The notes: generated from the letters alone by a model not told the origin. Positions 29,933 to 39,491 are shown, counted from the stretch's first letter. The stretch is DNA of 64,000 bases from Gammaproteobacteria bacterium (GCA_028819565.1 JAPPLD010000006.1:9299-73298); one strand, 5' to 3'. Translations and numbers: made by a program.

Positions 29933-30763
29933 ATGCGCCTGTACGCCCCGGCAAAGATCAACCTGTTCCTGCACGTGACCGGCCGTCGCGAGGACGGCTA
30001 TCACGAATTGCAGACCCTGTTCCAGTTAATTGATTACACGGATTGCCTGACGATCGAGCCGCGCGAGGACGACCGCTTCGAATATGCGGACGATGCGGAC
30101 GGGGCTTTCGCGGAAACCAACCTGTGCCTGCAGGCCGCCGAGTTGGCGCACTCGCGACATCCCGAAGGGTGTGGTGCCACTATATTCCTCAACAAGCGGA
30201 TCGCGGTCGGCGCGGGCCTGGGCGGTGGCAGTTCCGATGCGGCTGCCGTGCTGCATGGACTCAATCGCCTGTGGGGACAACCATGGGAAACGGAGGAACT
30301 GGCCGGGATGGGGCTGGAGCTGGGGGCGGACGTGCCGCTGTTCGTATATGGGCGCACCGCCTGGGCGGAAGGCGTGGGGGAGAGGCTCACGCCGGTGGAC
30401 CGTTCGGGGGGATTTGCGCTGGTATTGCCGACCCCGTCGGAGGTCAGCACGGCCGAGGCGTACCGGTCCCTGCAATTGACACAATGGAGTAGCCCCATCA
30501 AAATGGGCGAGGTAGACGCGTATTGGGGGAGCAACGTGTTCGAGGAATTGCTCCGGTCGCGGCTGCCGGAGGTGGGGACACGCTTGGACTGGTTGCGCCG
30601 CTATGCGCCGGCAGCAATGACAGGTTCAGGCGGCTCGGTCTTCGCGTGGTTCGACGATCGCGGCGATGCCGAGTCCGTGCTGGCGCTTTGTCCGCCGGAG
30701 TGGAACGGACGGATTGCCGCGGGTCTCGCGCGCTCGCCCTTGCTGGCGCAGGAGGGGGCGTGA
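29933..30763 (+). CDS. ispE: 4-diphosphocytidyl-2-C-methyl-D-erythritol kinase
   Basis: GHMP kinase motifs (…PAKINLFLHVTGRREDGYHEL…, GLGGGSSDAAA). Confidence 0.9.
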   Translation: MRLYAPAKINLFLHVTGRREDGYHELQTLFQLIDYTDCLTIEPREDDRFEYADDADGAFAETNLCLQAAELAHSRHPEGCGATIFLNKRIAVGAGLGGGSSDAAAVLHGLNRLWGQPWETEELAGMGLELGADVPLFVYGRTAWAEGVGERLTPVDRSGGFALVLPTPSEVSTAEAYRSLQLTQWSSPIKMGEVDAYWGSNVFEELLRSRLPEVGTRLDWLRRYAPAAMTGSGGSVFAWFDDRGDAESVLALCPPEWNGRIAAGLARSPLLAQEGA

Positions 30764-30770
30764 AGGGTGT

Positions 30771-30845
30771 TGGGCCGTCGCCAAGTCAGGTTAAGGCACG
30801 GGGTTTTGATCCCCGCATTCGCAGGTTCGAATCCTGCCGGCCCAG
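30771..30845 (+). tRNA. tRNA-Gln (anticodon TTG)
   Basis: Cloverleaf folded by eye. Acceptor stem UGGGCCG/CGGCCCA, anticodon loop UUUUGAU, TΨC arm GGTTCGAATCC, CCA encoded at 30846-30848. Close to E. coli tRNA-Gln. Confidence 0.85.
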
Positions 30846-30875
30846 CCATTTTCAGAATCATGAACGGATGCCAGG

Positions 30876-31832
30876 ATGAGTGACTACGACGATTTGGTGG
30901 TGTTCAGCGGGAACGCGAATCCGGCGCTTGCGCAGAAGATCGCCCAGCACCTCAGCATTCCGCTGGGCAAGGCGGACATTGGCCGCTTCAGCGACGACGA
31001 GGTGCGCGTGGAGATCAATGAAAACGTCCGCGGCAAGGACGTGTTCGTCGTGCAGCCGACCTGCCGGCCGACCAACGAAAACCTGATGGAACTAGTGATT
31101 ATGGTGGATGCGTTACGCCGTTCTTCGGCTGAGCGAATCACCACGGTGGTGTCGTATTTCGGCTATTCGCGCCAAGACCGCCGGGCACGCTCTGGGCGCG
31201 TGCCGATTTCAGCCAAATTGGCGGCGAACATCATCACCGCGGCTGGGGTCGACCGGCTGCTGACCATCGATTTGCACGCCGACCAGGAACAGGGATTCTT
31301 CGATATTCCGGTTGACAATATCTACGCCTCTCCGATCCTGATCAAGGATATCTGGCACCGGGACGGAGGCGACAAACTGGTGACGGTGTCGCCGGACATC
31401 GGCGGGGTGGTGCGCGCCCGCGCGTTCGCCAAGCAACTCGGCAGTGAACTCGCGATCATTGATAAGCGGCGCCCGAACCCCAATGAATCGGAAGTCATGA
31501 ACATCATCGGCGAGGTTGACGGCATGTCCTGCGTGATGGTCGACGACATGGTGGACACCGCAGGAACGCTGTGCCATGCAGCCACGGCCCTGAAAGAGCA
31601 TGGGGCCACTCGGGTGGTCGCCTACGTCACGCACCCGGTGCTGTCGGGACGAGCCATCGAGAACCTGTCGAACTCGACACTAGACGAGTTGGTCGTCACG
31701 GACACCATCCCGTTGAGCGAGGAAGCCATGGAATGCGACCGCATCCGCGTGCTCAGCGTGTCCGAATTGCTGGCGGAGTCCATTTCCCGCATTCACCGGA
31801 ACGAGTCGATCAGCACGCTGTTCATCGAATAA
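30876..31832 (+). CDS. prs: ribose-phosphate pyrophosphokinase
   Basis: …[17 protein letters not shown]…, the canonical PRPP synthetase sequence. Confidence 0.95.
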   Translation: MSDYDDLVVFSGNANPALAQKIAQHLSIPLGKADIGRFSDDEVRVEINENVRGKDVFVVQPTCRPTNENLMELVIMVDALRRSSAERITTVVSYFGYSRQDRRARSGRVPISAKLAANIITAAGVDRLLTIDLHADQEQGFFDIPVDNIYASPILIKDIWHRDGGDKLVTVSPDIGGVVRARAFAKQLGSELAIIDKRRPNPNESEVMNIIGEVDGMSCVMVDDMVDTAGTLCHAATALKEHGATRVVAYVTHPVLSGRAIENLSNSTLDELVVTDTIPLSEEAMECDRIRVLSVSELLAESISRIHRNESISTLFIE

Positions 31833-32154
31833 GTCGAGCAGATGAATGAAAGAGGGTTTCGACCTTGCTCAAGTTGTTTTGCACAGGCTGGGTAAGGAAG
31901 CGACACGATGTGGGACCACAATTTCTTCCCTTGTTGATATGGGGCTGAGGCACGTTCTTGCTGAATTACCTTCTTCTAGGAGTGAACTGAAGACTACTCG
32001 GCAATTACCGACGTGGGATAGTGGTGAATTCCGGGCAATGTTGCCAACCGTAATGATCTCTACCGGATATTGGGCGAATAGGTCGAGGACGACACGCCGT
32101 CGAAATGAATAAAGATAATTTAAAATCGTGCATAAGCGCTAAAATACTTTTCGT

Positions 32155-32181
32155 AAGGGATTTATATACTTGACTACACGA
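32155..32181. repeat. 27-bp perfect inverted repeat, left copy (AAGGGATTTATATACTTGACTACACGA)
   Basis: Exact reverse complement of 33004-33030; ends 15 nt before the ATG of the 32197 ORF. Confidence 0.75.
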
Positions 32182-32196
32182 TAGAGGGGGACACCA

Positions 32197-32952
32197 ATGA
32201 AATTCCTTACCGCAATTTTTATCCTGATTGTTTCTGCACCAGCCCATGCGGTGGTTGATTGGGCTGATGTGGTTGATAAATACAAGTTCGCCTGTGCGGG
32301 AATGCGCGGAAATTGCCTTTCCTTGACATCGCCGGGCACTATCGGGAAATTTAATAAAATCCCGTATCCAGTCAGACTAGCCAATCTCGAAAAAGAGTAC
32401 TTGTTGGACAAGGATTGGAGCCATATCAAACCCTATAGTAAGGGCGGATCAAGTGCGGCATCCAACGGATACTGGGAGCAGGCAGGAAGCAACCGCGCTC
32501 GTGGTAATTCCTCTGCCTCTTTATGGGCAAGGGCAAGGGCAGCTCTCCATGACGCTAAATGGTCGGCCAGAGGATTGTGGAATGTAGTGAAAGGTGCAGG
32601 CCCGGTAATCGGTGCATCTTCTGTCGTGCTGGCGGCAACTCCGGGAGCTATCCATTTCATTAACAAGTCCTATGGGCAATACAGAACAGGAATGACGATA
32701 ACTTGGACCGAGAATGCGGACGAAACTGCGCCGTACATCATTACCGGACTTTCTGCGGCAGCTACTGGTATTGCAACAGCTGCGGCAATTACGACCGTAA
32801 CTGCTCCGGTTACAGGAATGACCTCTGCCGTCGTTATCGCGTCAATTACCGGGGCTCTGTCCGCCATATATGCCTATCAATGGACAGAGGAAAAATCCGC
32901 CGGCCTCAGGTGGTCAGACATTTTTTGGAGGAGACTACTATGCTTCATATGA
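32197..32952 (+). CDS. secreted hypothetical protein with HNH/His-Me-finger-like motif and Ala/Thr-rich hydrophobic C-terminus
   Basis: Signal peptide MKFLTAIFILIVSAPAHA. The motif DWSHIKPYSKGGSSAASNG…NRARGN recalls the H-H-x-x-P-x-S-x-GG…N core of colicin-type HNH DNases (an HNN-like variant). AT-rich gene flanked by 27-bp inverted repeats. Confidence 0.4.
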   Translation: MKFLTAIFILIVSAPAHAVVDWADVVDKYKFACAGMRGNCLSLTSPGTIGKFNKIPYPVRLANLEKEYLLDKDWSHIKPYSKGGSSAASNGYWEQAGSNRARGNSSASLWARARAALHDAKWSARGLWNVVKGAGPVIGASSVVLAATPGAIHFINKSYGQYRTGMTITWTENADETAPYIITGLSAAATGIATAAAITTVTAPVTGMTSAVVIASITGALSAIYAYQWTEEKSAGLRWSDIFWRRLLCFI

Positions 32953-33003
32953 CAATGCTGTATGTACTCAAGGGGGTCGGTTTTGTTTTCATGGATTTGG
33001 CCG

Positions 33004-33030
33004 TCGTGTAGTCAAGTATATAAATCCCTT
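33004..33030. repeat. 27-bp perfect inverted repeat, right copy
   Basis: Reverse complement of 32155-32181; lies 52 nt after the stop of the 32197-32952 ORF. Confidence 0.75.
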
Positions 33031-33207
33031 TCGTAACTCCAGTTAGTCCCAAAATCAACCCATTAGGTTGAGACCCGAGGCAGACCGTAGCCAAGCATAG
33101 GAACAGATCGAAGGGGTGGTAGTATTAGCTACAGAATGGGTGGCCGAGATAGAGTGGCAACCTATTTGAAGATTTCATGAATTCGAGTCATTTCAAGAGG
33201 GTCGGGC

Positions 33208-35409
33208 ATGGAGGTGTCTTCGCGGATGCGAAGTGGATCTAGGCAACTTGACCTGCTCGGCGGCAGATCGACAGATGTCCTTGTCTCCTCGGCTGATGGC
33301 TCTCGGGCCATCGAGGAAGAAAATTTTCCATTTGAGGAGTTGAGTCGAGTCGCCGAAGCGGAGAGTTGGCGTAAGGAAATCAACCGCCCTATCTACCATA
33401 TCCACAAATGGTGGGCGCACCGGCTGGGCTCCGTGTTCCGAGCCATTGCGATTGCCGCATTTGCGCCGGCGGGGTCGGACATCTTGGATCTTTTCTACCG
33501 ACGTGCGCGAATTCCGGAGCAGGTTGTCTTCGACCCTTTCATGGGAAGTGGGACGACTGTCGGTGAGGTCGCCAAACTGGGGGGTCGGGCGATCGGACGG
33601 GATATCAACCCCGTTTCCCATTTCCTGGTACAGAATGCATTGGCGTCCCATGACCGGCGAGCCATTCTGGCTGTGTTTCGGGCGATCGACAGAGATGTTG
33701 GGGATCAGATTCGGCAACATTACAAAGTCACCCTCCCCGATGGTACTTTGGCGGATGCCCTGTGTTTTTTCTGGGTCAAGGTGCTGAATTGTCCGCAGTG
33801 CTCCGGCGATGTTGATTTATTCTCTTCGTACGTCTTCGCGCGGCATGCCTATCCGAGCCGATATCCGACGGCTAGGGTGGTCTGTCCGCAGTGCAATGCC
33901 ATCAATAAGACGCGATACGATTCCGAAGACGAGAAATGTGGAACTTGTGGTGAATCCTTCAACCCCCAAGCCGGTCCAGCCCAAGGACAGAATGCCCAAT
34001 GTCCGTCCTGCCGGCATACATTCTCAATCGTGCGACGGGTTCGGGAGAGCGAGAAACCTCCTCGCCACCGGCTATACGCGAAACTAGTCTTGATGCCGGA
34101 CGGGTCCAAGCAGTATCTGCCTGCGACCGAAGAAGACCAGGCACGGTATCAGGCTGCGGAGGTGGAACTGAACAGTCGGGAGAACCCGTTTCCTGTCGTC
34201 GAAATCAAGGCAGGCTACAACACCAACCAGGCTCTTGGCTACAACTATCGGCATTGGCACAACATGTTCAATGCCCGTCAACTCCTGTGCCTGTCGATCC
34301 TTGCAGACCGGATCCGGGCTATCGAAGACCCCGACTTGAAGAACCTCTTCACCTGTCTGTTCTCGGGGGCACTGGAATTCAACAACCAATTCGCCTCATA
34401 CAAGGGAGAAGGAACGGGTGCGGTCCGGCACATGTTCGCGCATCACATCCTGAAACCCGAACGGACTCCGTTGGAGGCCAACTTGTGGGGCACGCCCAAG
34501 AGTTCGGGGTCATTCTCCACGATGTTCCGAGGCCGGATTCGGCGTGCTCTGGACTATGCCGAGGATCCATTCGAAATTAGCCCGTCGGAAGCCGGCAGGA
34601 AGCCGGTCAAGGTATTTGGGCTGTCGAATCGCCTAGGTTTTGATCTCGCCGAGGACTACCGAGATTTCGAAAACGGGAAAGCGGTGTATCTGTCCTGCGG
34701 GGACTCAAGCCATACGGACTTGCCTGATCAGTCTGTCGACGCGGTCATCACGGACCCACCGTTCTTCGATAATGTCCATTACTCGCAATTGGCAGATTTC
34801 TTCCATGTCTGGCAACGGTACATTTTGGGTGCAGCCGGCCCACGGGAGAGTGAGACGACCCGCGCTAACAGCGAAGTTCAGAATGGCGATGCAGCCACAT
34901 TCACATCACGACTGGAAAGCGTCTGGCGGGAGACTTGCCGTGTTCTGAAAGATGACGGTCTCTTGGTTTTCACCTACCACCATTCCCGGCCCGATGGCTG
35001 GTTGGCGGTTTTTGAATCTCTCATGGGTGCTGGTTTCGTTATCACGGCGGCCCATCCCGTCAAGGCGGAGATGTCGGTCGCCATGCCCAAGCATCAGGCG
35101 AAAGAGCCAATTGACCTCGACGTCATAATCGTGTGCCGCAAACGTTCCGCTTTGAGTCAGTTTGGCCAGGTCGAAGATTGGCTGAAGACGGCCGAGTGCC
35201 AGATCGATCGACTAAGGACATCGGGAAGAAGGCTCAGCCGTAATGATGTGCGCGTTATCCTGATGGCTCAATTCCTGAAACACCTTTCCTGCAAGGACTC
35301 GGCAAAAGAATCTTTGCAACTTCTTGACGGCAGCGAGGATGAGATTGATCGGCAGATTGAGCGCCTGCATGGAGCAGGGACATTGGAAGTCAGAGGAAAG
35401 GCGGCGTAA
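33208..35409 (+). CDS. DUF1156/COG1743-type adenine-specific DNA methyltransferase with Zn-ribbon (gamma-class N6A MTase)
   Basis: N-terminal DUF1156 signature (…RPIYHIHKWWAHRLGSVFRAI…). Motif I FDPFMGSGTT precedes motif IV VITDPPFF. A four-Cys-pair Zn-ribbon insertion (CPQCSG…CPQCNA…CGTCGE…CPSCRH) is present. SD AAGAGGG before the ATG. Confidence 0.7.
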   Translation: MEVSSRMRSGSRQLDLLGGRSTDVLVSSADGSRAIEEENFPFEELSRVAEAESWRKEINRPIYHIHKWWAHRLGSVFRAIAIAAFAPAGSDILDLFYRRARIPEQVVFDPFMGSGTTVGEVAKLGGRAIGRDINPVSHFLVQNALASHDRRAILAVFRAIDRDVGDQIRQHYKVTLPDGTLADALCFFWVKVLNCPQCSGDVDLFSSYVFARHAYPSRYPTARVVCPQCNAINKTRYDSEDEKCGTCGESFNPQAGPAQGQNAQCPSCRHTFSIVRRVRESEKPPRHRLYAKLVLMPDGSKQYLPATEEDQARYQAAEVELNSRENPFPVVEIKAGYNTNQALGYNYRHWHNMFNARQLLCLSILADRIRAIEDPDLKNLFTCLFSGALEFNNQFASYKGEGTGAVRHMFAHHILKPERTPLEANLWGTPKSSGSFSTMFRGRIRRALDYAEDPFEISPSEAGRKPVKVFGLSNRLGFDLAEDYRDFENGKAVYLSCGDSSHTDLPDQSVDAVITDPPFFDNVHYSQLADFFHVWQRYILGAAGPRESETTRANSEVQNGDAATFTSRLESVWRETCRVLKDDGLLVFTYHHSRPDGWLAVFESLMGAGFVITAAHPVKAEMSVAMPKHQAKEPIDLDVIIVCRKRSALSQFGQVEDWLKTAECQIDRLRTSGRRLSRNDVRVILMAQFLKHLSCKDSAKESLQLLDGSEDEIDRQIERLHGAGTLEVRGKAA

Positions 35410-35411
35410 CT

Positions 35412-36161
35412 GTGTCAAAGGCCCCAGTCATCTTCGAAGCCTGTGTTCAAGCGATCCGGGACGGCGCGCTGATCGAGCGAGAAGGGCAGAAGGACAAGGA
35501 ATTCCATTTCCAGAACTGGTTCGCGCGGCGTTTGGACGCGCTTGGGCTCCACTACGATTCACTGGGCAGAAACACATACCCGGACTTTTGCCTAGTCAAC
35601 TCGGCCGAGGGTTTCGAGCTGAAAGGGTTGGCCTATCCGGGCCGATCAGCCAACTACGACTGCAATAGCCAGATTCCCCGCGGCGAACACAATGGACGTC
35701 AGATCTTCTATGTATTTGGACGCTATCCGAAAGAGCCGGACGGCGACCGCTATCCGGTGCTCGACTTCGTCATGTGTCATGGGGAATTTTTGAATGCCGA
35801 CAATACCTATGTGCACAAGAACGAAAGTTTCAAAGGCTTCGGGAGCTACGGTGACATTCTGGTGCGAGACCGGAAAATGTACGTGGCTCCGACACCATTT
35901 GCCTTGGTGGAGGGTACGGTTCACCAACGGACCCTGATCGTTCCTGCCGGCCATGCCATTGGCGACCCGTTTGTTTGCGTCGGAGAATTGGTGAGGAAAG
36001 AGGCAGATCAAATCGTGGTGGCTTACCAATTTGACTTGCGCAGCAACGAAATCTCCACAGCTACAGTTCCCAATCCCAATGCGGGCAAGAAACATGCTTT
36101 TTCTGTTTATCGCTTGCAGGATGATCCGACTGAGCCCGTCTCAATACAGACAGCGAAATAA
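35412..36161 (+). CDS. putative PD-(D/E)xK restriction endonuclease partner of the upstream MTase
   Basis: 249 aa starting 2 nt after the MTase stop. Residues E(…EFHFQNW)…YPDF…EGFELKG fit the E…PD…(D/E)xK spacing. Confidence 0.5.
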   Translation: MSKAPVIFEACVQAIRDGALIEREGQKDKEFHFQNWFARRLDALGLHYDSLGRNTYPDFCLVNSAEGFELKGLAYPGRSANYDCNSQIPRGEHNGRQIFYVFGRYPKEPDGDRYPVLDFVMCHGEFLNADNTYVHKNESFKGFGSYGDILVRDRKMYVAPTPFALVEGTVHQRTLIVPAGHAIGDPFVCVGELVRKEADQIVVAYQFDLRSNEISTATVPNPNAGKKHAFSVYRLQDDPTEPVSIQTAK

Positions 36162-36234
36162 TTGATTTAAATTTGGAGCAACTTGCAATTCAGAGTGAAA
36201 TCAGGGGCGGATAGCAGCTGTAGGCGGATGATTT

Positions 36235-36265
36235 TTGAAGTCGGTATTGCAAAGTTTTGTATAAT
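36235..36265 (+). promoter_or_regulatory. candidate sigma70 promoter for the apr gene cluster (TTGAAG-19-TATAAT)
   Basis: Perfect -10 TATAAT at 36260-36265; -35-like TTGAAG at 36235-36240 (19-nt spacer, long); 45 nt upstream of the 36311 ATG. Confidence 0.3.
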
Positions 36266-36310
36266 GCCCAGCCCGACACATAACCAAGAATAACCTAGGA
36301 TTCAGAAAAT

Positions 36311-37090
36311 ATGTTAACCAGCAATCCTTTTGCTGAGCTTTCGGCGTACATCGATGTTGCAGTGATGCAGGCTTTCGTTATCGTCATGTTTGCTCTGGTC
36401 GTGGCAGGTACGTTGTTTGACGTCATACATAAGAAAAGCGCCAAGTATTTCTTTGAAGATTGGAAGAGATCCAAGACTAAAGGAACCAATCAAGTCGGTG
36501 GCGGACAAGTCATGTCCATGGCGGTCCAGACCCTGGCCAGCGAGGTCTTGACCTCATCGGAATTCTGCTCCACTCAGAGACGAATCGCCCATCTGCTGAC
36601 GATGTACGGCTTCGTCGGATATGTCGCCGCAACTGTCATCATGGTCTTTGGATGTCCAGCCTTTTTGATTCCAACATCTGAGGCTTGGCCGGTGCTGTGG
36701 CACATCGGGGCGTTGATGGTTTGTGTCGGCGGCTATTGGTTCTGGTTCTTCATCCGGGCTGATGTTGCAGCCGAGGGCAATTCGCCATTCAATCTTTCGC
36801 AAGCCGACCTGTTCATCCTTTCACTGCTCGCGAGCTCGACGCTGGCTCTGGTGTGGTCGTGGTTGGGGATGTCGACAATCGGATGGCTGGCTTTCGGGCT
36901 GTACGTGCTTTCGACTGCAGTACTATTCGGATCCATACCTTGGTCCAAGTTCGCGCACATGTTTTTCAAGCCCTCTGCCGCCTTGCAGAAAAGGGTGGCG
37001 GAAGCAGCCGGATCGAGAAGCAATTTGCCGGCACCGGCTGACAAGCCTGAAACCTTTGGCTCGGCGCGCGGGGCGCCGACGAATTATTAA
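36311..37090 (+). CDS. polytopic membrane protein, possible APS-reductase membrane anchor (AprM-like)
   Basis: 259 aa, ~6 TM helices with conserved His/Cys, immediately upstream of aprBA. The function is inferred from position only. Confidence 0.4.
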   Translation: MLTSNPFAELSAYIDVAVMQAFVIVMFALVVAGTLFDVIHKKSAKYFFEDWKRSKTKGTNQVGGGQVMSMAVQTLASEVLTSSEFCSTQRRIAHLLTMYGFVGYVAATVIMVFGCPAFLIPTSEAWPVLWHIGALMVCVGGYWFWFFIRADVAAEGNSPFNLSQADLFILSLLASSTLALVWSWLGMSTIGWLAFGLYVLSTAVLFGSIPWSKFAHMFFKPSAALQKRVAEAAGSRSNLPAPADKPETFGSARGAPTNY

Positions 37091-37172
37091 CTCGTCTGGT
37101 CTGTTTTTGATTAGGCCATGACCCTCAAGAAAGAACAATTGTTCATCCAACGATAGGAGAGGACGGAACAGC

Positions 37173-37619
37173 ATGCCTACTTTCGTTTATATGACGCGCT
37201 GTGATGGTTGCGGTCACTGCGTCGACATCTGTCCCTCGGACATCATGCACATCGATAAGACTTATCGGCGTGCTTACAACATTGAGCCCAACATGTGCTG
37301 GGAGTGCTACTCCTGCGTGAAGGCGTGTCCGCAAAATGCGATCGATGCGCGCGGCTATGCCGACTTCGCGCCGCTCGGCCACAGCGTTCGAGCGCTTCGC
37401 GAAGAAGAAAAGGGCACGATTTCCTGGAAGATTCTGTTCCAAGATGGCCGGGAAAAGAATTTCGAATCGCCCATTCGGACCACCGAATGGGGCACCATTC
37501 CGTCACCGGCTGAGCTGGACGCACCCAGTGCGGACGCATTCCAGTCTCAAGAACTCGCTCACGAACCGGATGCACTCAACATCGACGGCGGGCTACCGAC
37601 ATTGAAGTCGGCGACATAA
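37173..37619 (+). CDS. aprB: adenylylsulfate (APS) reductase beta subunit
   Basis: MPTFVYMTRCDGCGHCVDICPSD…CWECYSCVKACPQNAI, two [4Fe-4S] ferredoxin motifs plus the AprB tail. Confidence 0.85.
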   Translation: MPTFVYMTRCDGCGHCVDICPSDIMHIDKTYRRAYNIEPNMCWECYSCVKACPQNAIDARGYADFAPLGHSVRALREEEKGTISWKILFQDGREKNFESPIRTTEWGTIPSPAELDAPSADAFQSQELAHEPDALNIDGGLPTLKSAT

Positions 37620-37634
37620 GCAAGGAGCAAACTA

Positions 37635-39479
37635 ATGGGATTGTTTAATCGAAGAAAAACGGTCGTCGTTGATTCCGACGTCCTCGTCGTCGGCGGCGGG
37701 ATGGCCGGTTGCGGCGCCACGTACGAATCCAGGTACTGGGGACGCGACCTGAAAGTGGTCTGCGTCGAGAAGGCCAATATCGAACGAAGCGGTGCGGTCG
37801 CACAGGGCCTTTACGCGATCAACTGCTACATGGGGATGCAATGGGGTGAGAATCAGCCGGAGGATCACGTCCGCTACGCGCGCAATGACCTCATGGGACT
37901 GGTGCGAGAGGATCTGGGCTACGACATTGCCCGGCACGTCGACGCTACCGTGCACAAGTTCGAAGAATGGGGCCTTCCCATCATGCGGGACCCGGAAACG
38001 GGGCGCTACCAGCGCGAAGGCAAATGGCAGATCATGATTCATGGCGAAAGCTACAAGCCGATTGTCGCTGAAGCCGCCCGCAAGGCTGCCAACGAAGTCT
38101 ATAACCGGATCATGGTGACTCACCTGCTGATGGACGAGTCGAAACCGAACCGGGTGGCCGGTGCTGTCGGCTTCAATGTCCGGACCGGAGATTTCTATGT
38201 GTTCCGCGCCAAGGCCGTGATTGTTTGTGCCGGCGGTGCTTCGCACATATACAAGCCGCGTTCTGTGGGAGAGGGCATGGGACGCACTTGGTATGCGCCG
38301 TGGAGTAGTGCCTCGGCCTATGCACTGCCGATTCTGGCTGGCGCCAAGATGACACAAATGGAGAATCGGATCGTCCTGGCTCGATTCAAGGACGGATACG
38401 GCCCGGTCGGCGCCTACTTCCTGCATCTCAAGACCTATACCCAGAACGGATATGGTGAAGAGTACGAGTCCAAATGGTATGACCATACGAAGGAGATGGT
38501 CGGAGATTACATCGATCACCATCCGACCCCGACCTGTCTGCGTAACCACGCTTTTCTCGAAGAAGTGAAGGCAGGCAGAGGCCCCATTCGCATGGTGACC
38601 AAGGAGGCCTTCCAGGATCCGCACAAGGAAACCGTGGGCTGGGAGAACTTCCTCGGCATGACCATCGGTCAGGCGGTTGTTTGGGCGGCTCAAAACATTG
38701 ACCCCAAATACATCAACCCGGAACTGACGACTTCCGAGCCTTATGTCATGGGATCTCATGCCACCTGTTCGGGAGCCTGGGCCAGCGGCCCCGAGGATGT
38801 TGCACCTTCTGATTATCAGTGGGGCTACAACCGGATGATGACCGTTGAAGGGCTGTTTGGTGCCGGCGACACGATCGGCGGCAGTGCGCACAAGTTCTCA
38901 TCGGGTTCCTACACGGAAGGCCGAATCGCAGCCAAGGCAGCGGTTAACTACATCAACGACCTGAAAAACGAAAAACTTCAAGTCAGCGAAAAACAGTGCC
39001 AGAACCTGAAAGAGACGATTTACAAGCCTCTGGAGAACTACGAGGTTGGTCGCAACGAGATCGTGGCGGGAACCGTCTCGCCGAGTTACATCCTGCCGAT
39101 TCATGGTCTTCAGCGTCTTGAAAAAATCATGGACGAATATGTCGGTGGAATCAGCACGAACTATATGACGAACGAGCCCTTGCTCAACCGGGGTCTGGAA
39201 CTGCTGGACATGCTGAAGAAGGATCTCAACAATGTCGGGGCCGAAGACCTCCACCAGTTGCAAAGAACATGGGAGCTTCATCACCGGTTCCTGGCTTCGC
39301 AGTCAGTCGCGCATCACACGCTGTTCCGCAAGGAGACGCGTTGGCCCGGCTACTACTACCGGGGCGACTTCCCGAAACTCGACGACCAGGATTGGCATTG
39401 CCTCACCCTGTCCCGCTATGATCAGGAATCCGATGAGTGGGAGATGGAGAAGGCGCCCGTTCACCACATCATCGACTAA
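37635..39479 (+). CDS. aprA: adenylylsulfate (APS) reductase alpha subunit (FAD flavoprotein)
   Basis: N-terminal FAD fold DVLVVGGGMAGCGA; ~610 aa fumarate-reductase-family flavoprotein adjacent to aprB. Confidence 0.85.
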   Translation: MGLFNRRKTVVVDSDVLVVGGGMAGCGATYESRYWGRDLKVVCVEKANIERSGAVAQGLYAINCYMGMQWGENQPEDHVRYARNDLMGLVREDLGYDIARHVDATVHKFEEWGLPIMRDPETGRYQREGKWQIMIHGESYKPIVAEAARKAANEVYNRIMVTHLLMDESKPNRVAGAVGFNVRTGDFYVFRAKAVIVCAGGASHIYKPRSVGEGMGRTWYAPWSSASAYALPILAGAKMTQMENRIVLARFKDGYGPVGAYFLHLKTYTQNGYGEEYESKWYDHTKEMVGDYIDHHPTPTCLRNHAFLEEVKAGRGPIRMVTKEAFQDPHKETVGWENFLGMTIGQAVVWAAQNIDPKYINPELTTSEPYVMGSHATCSGAWASGPEDVAPSDYQWGYNRMMTVEGLFGAGDTIGGSAHKFSSGSYTEGRIAAKAAVNYINDLKNEKLQVSEKQCQNLKETIYKPLENYEVGRNEIVAGTVSPSYILPIHGLQRLEKIMDEYVGGISTNYMTNEPLLNRGLELLDMLKKDLNNVGAEDLHQLQRTWELHHRFLASQSVAHHTLFRKETRWPGYYYRGDFPKLDDQDWHCLTLSRYDQESDEWEMEKAPVHHIID

Positions 39480-39491
39480 ACGTACGGCTCA

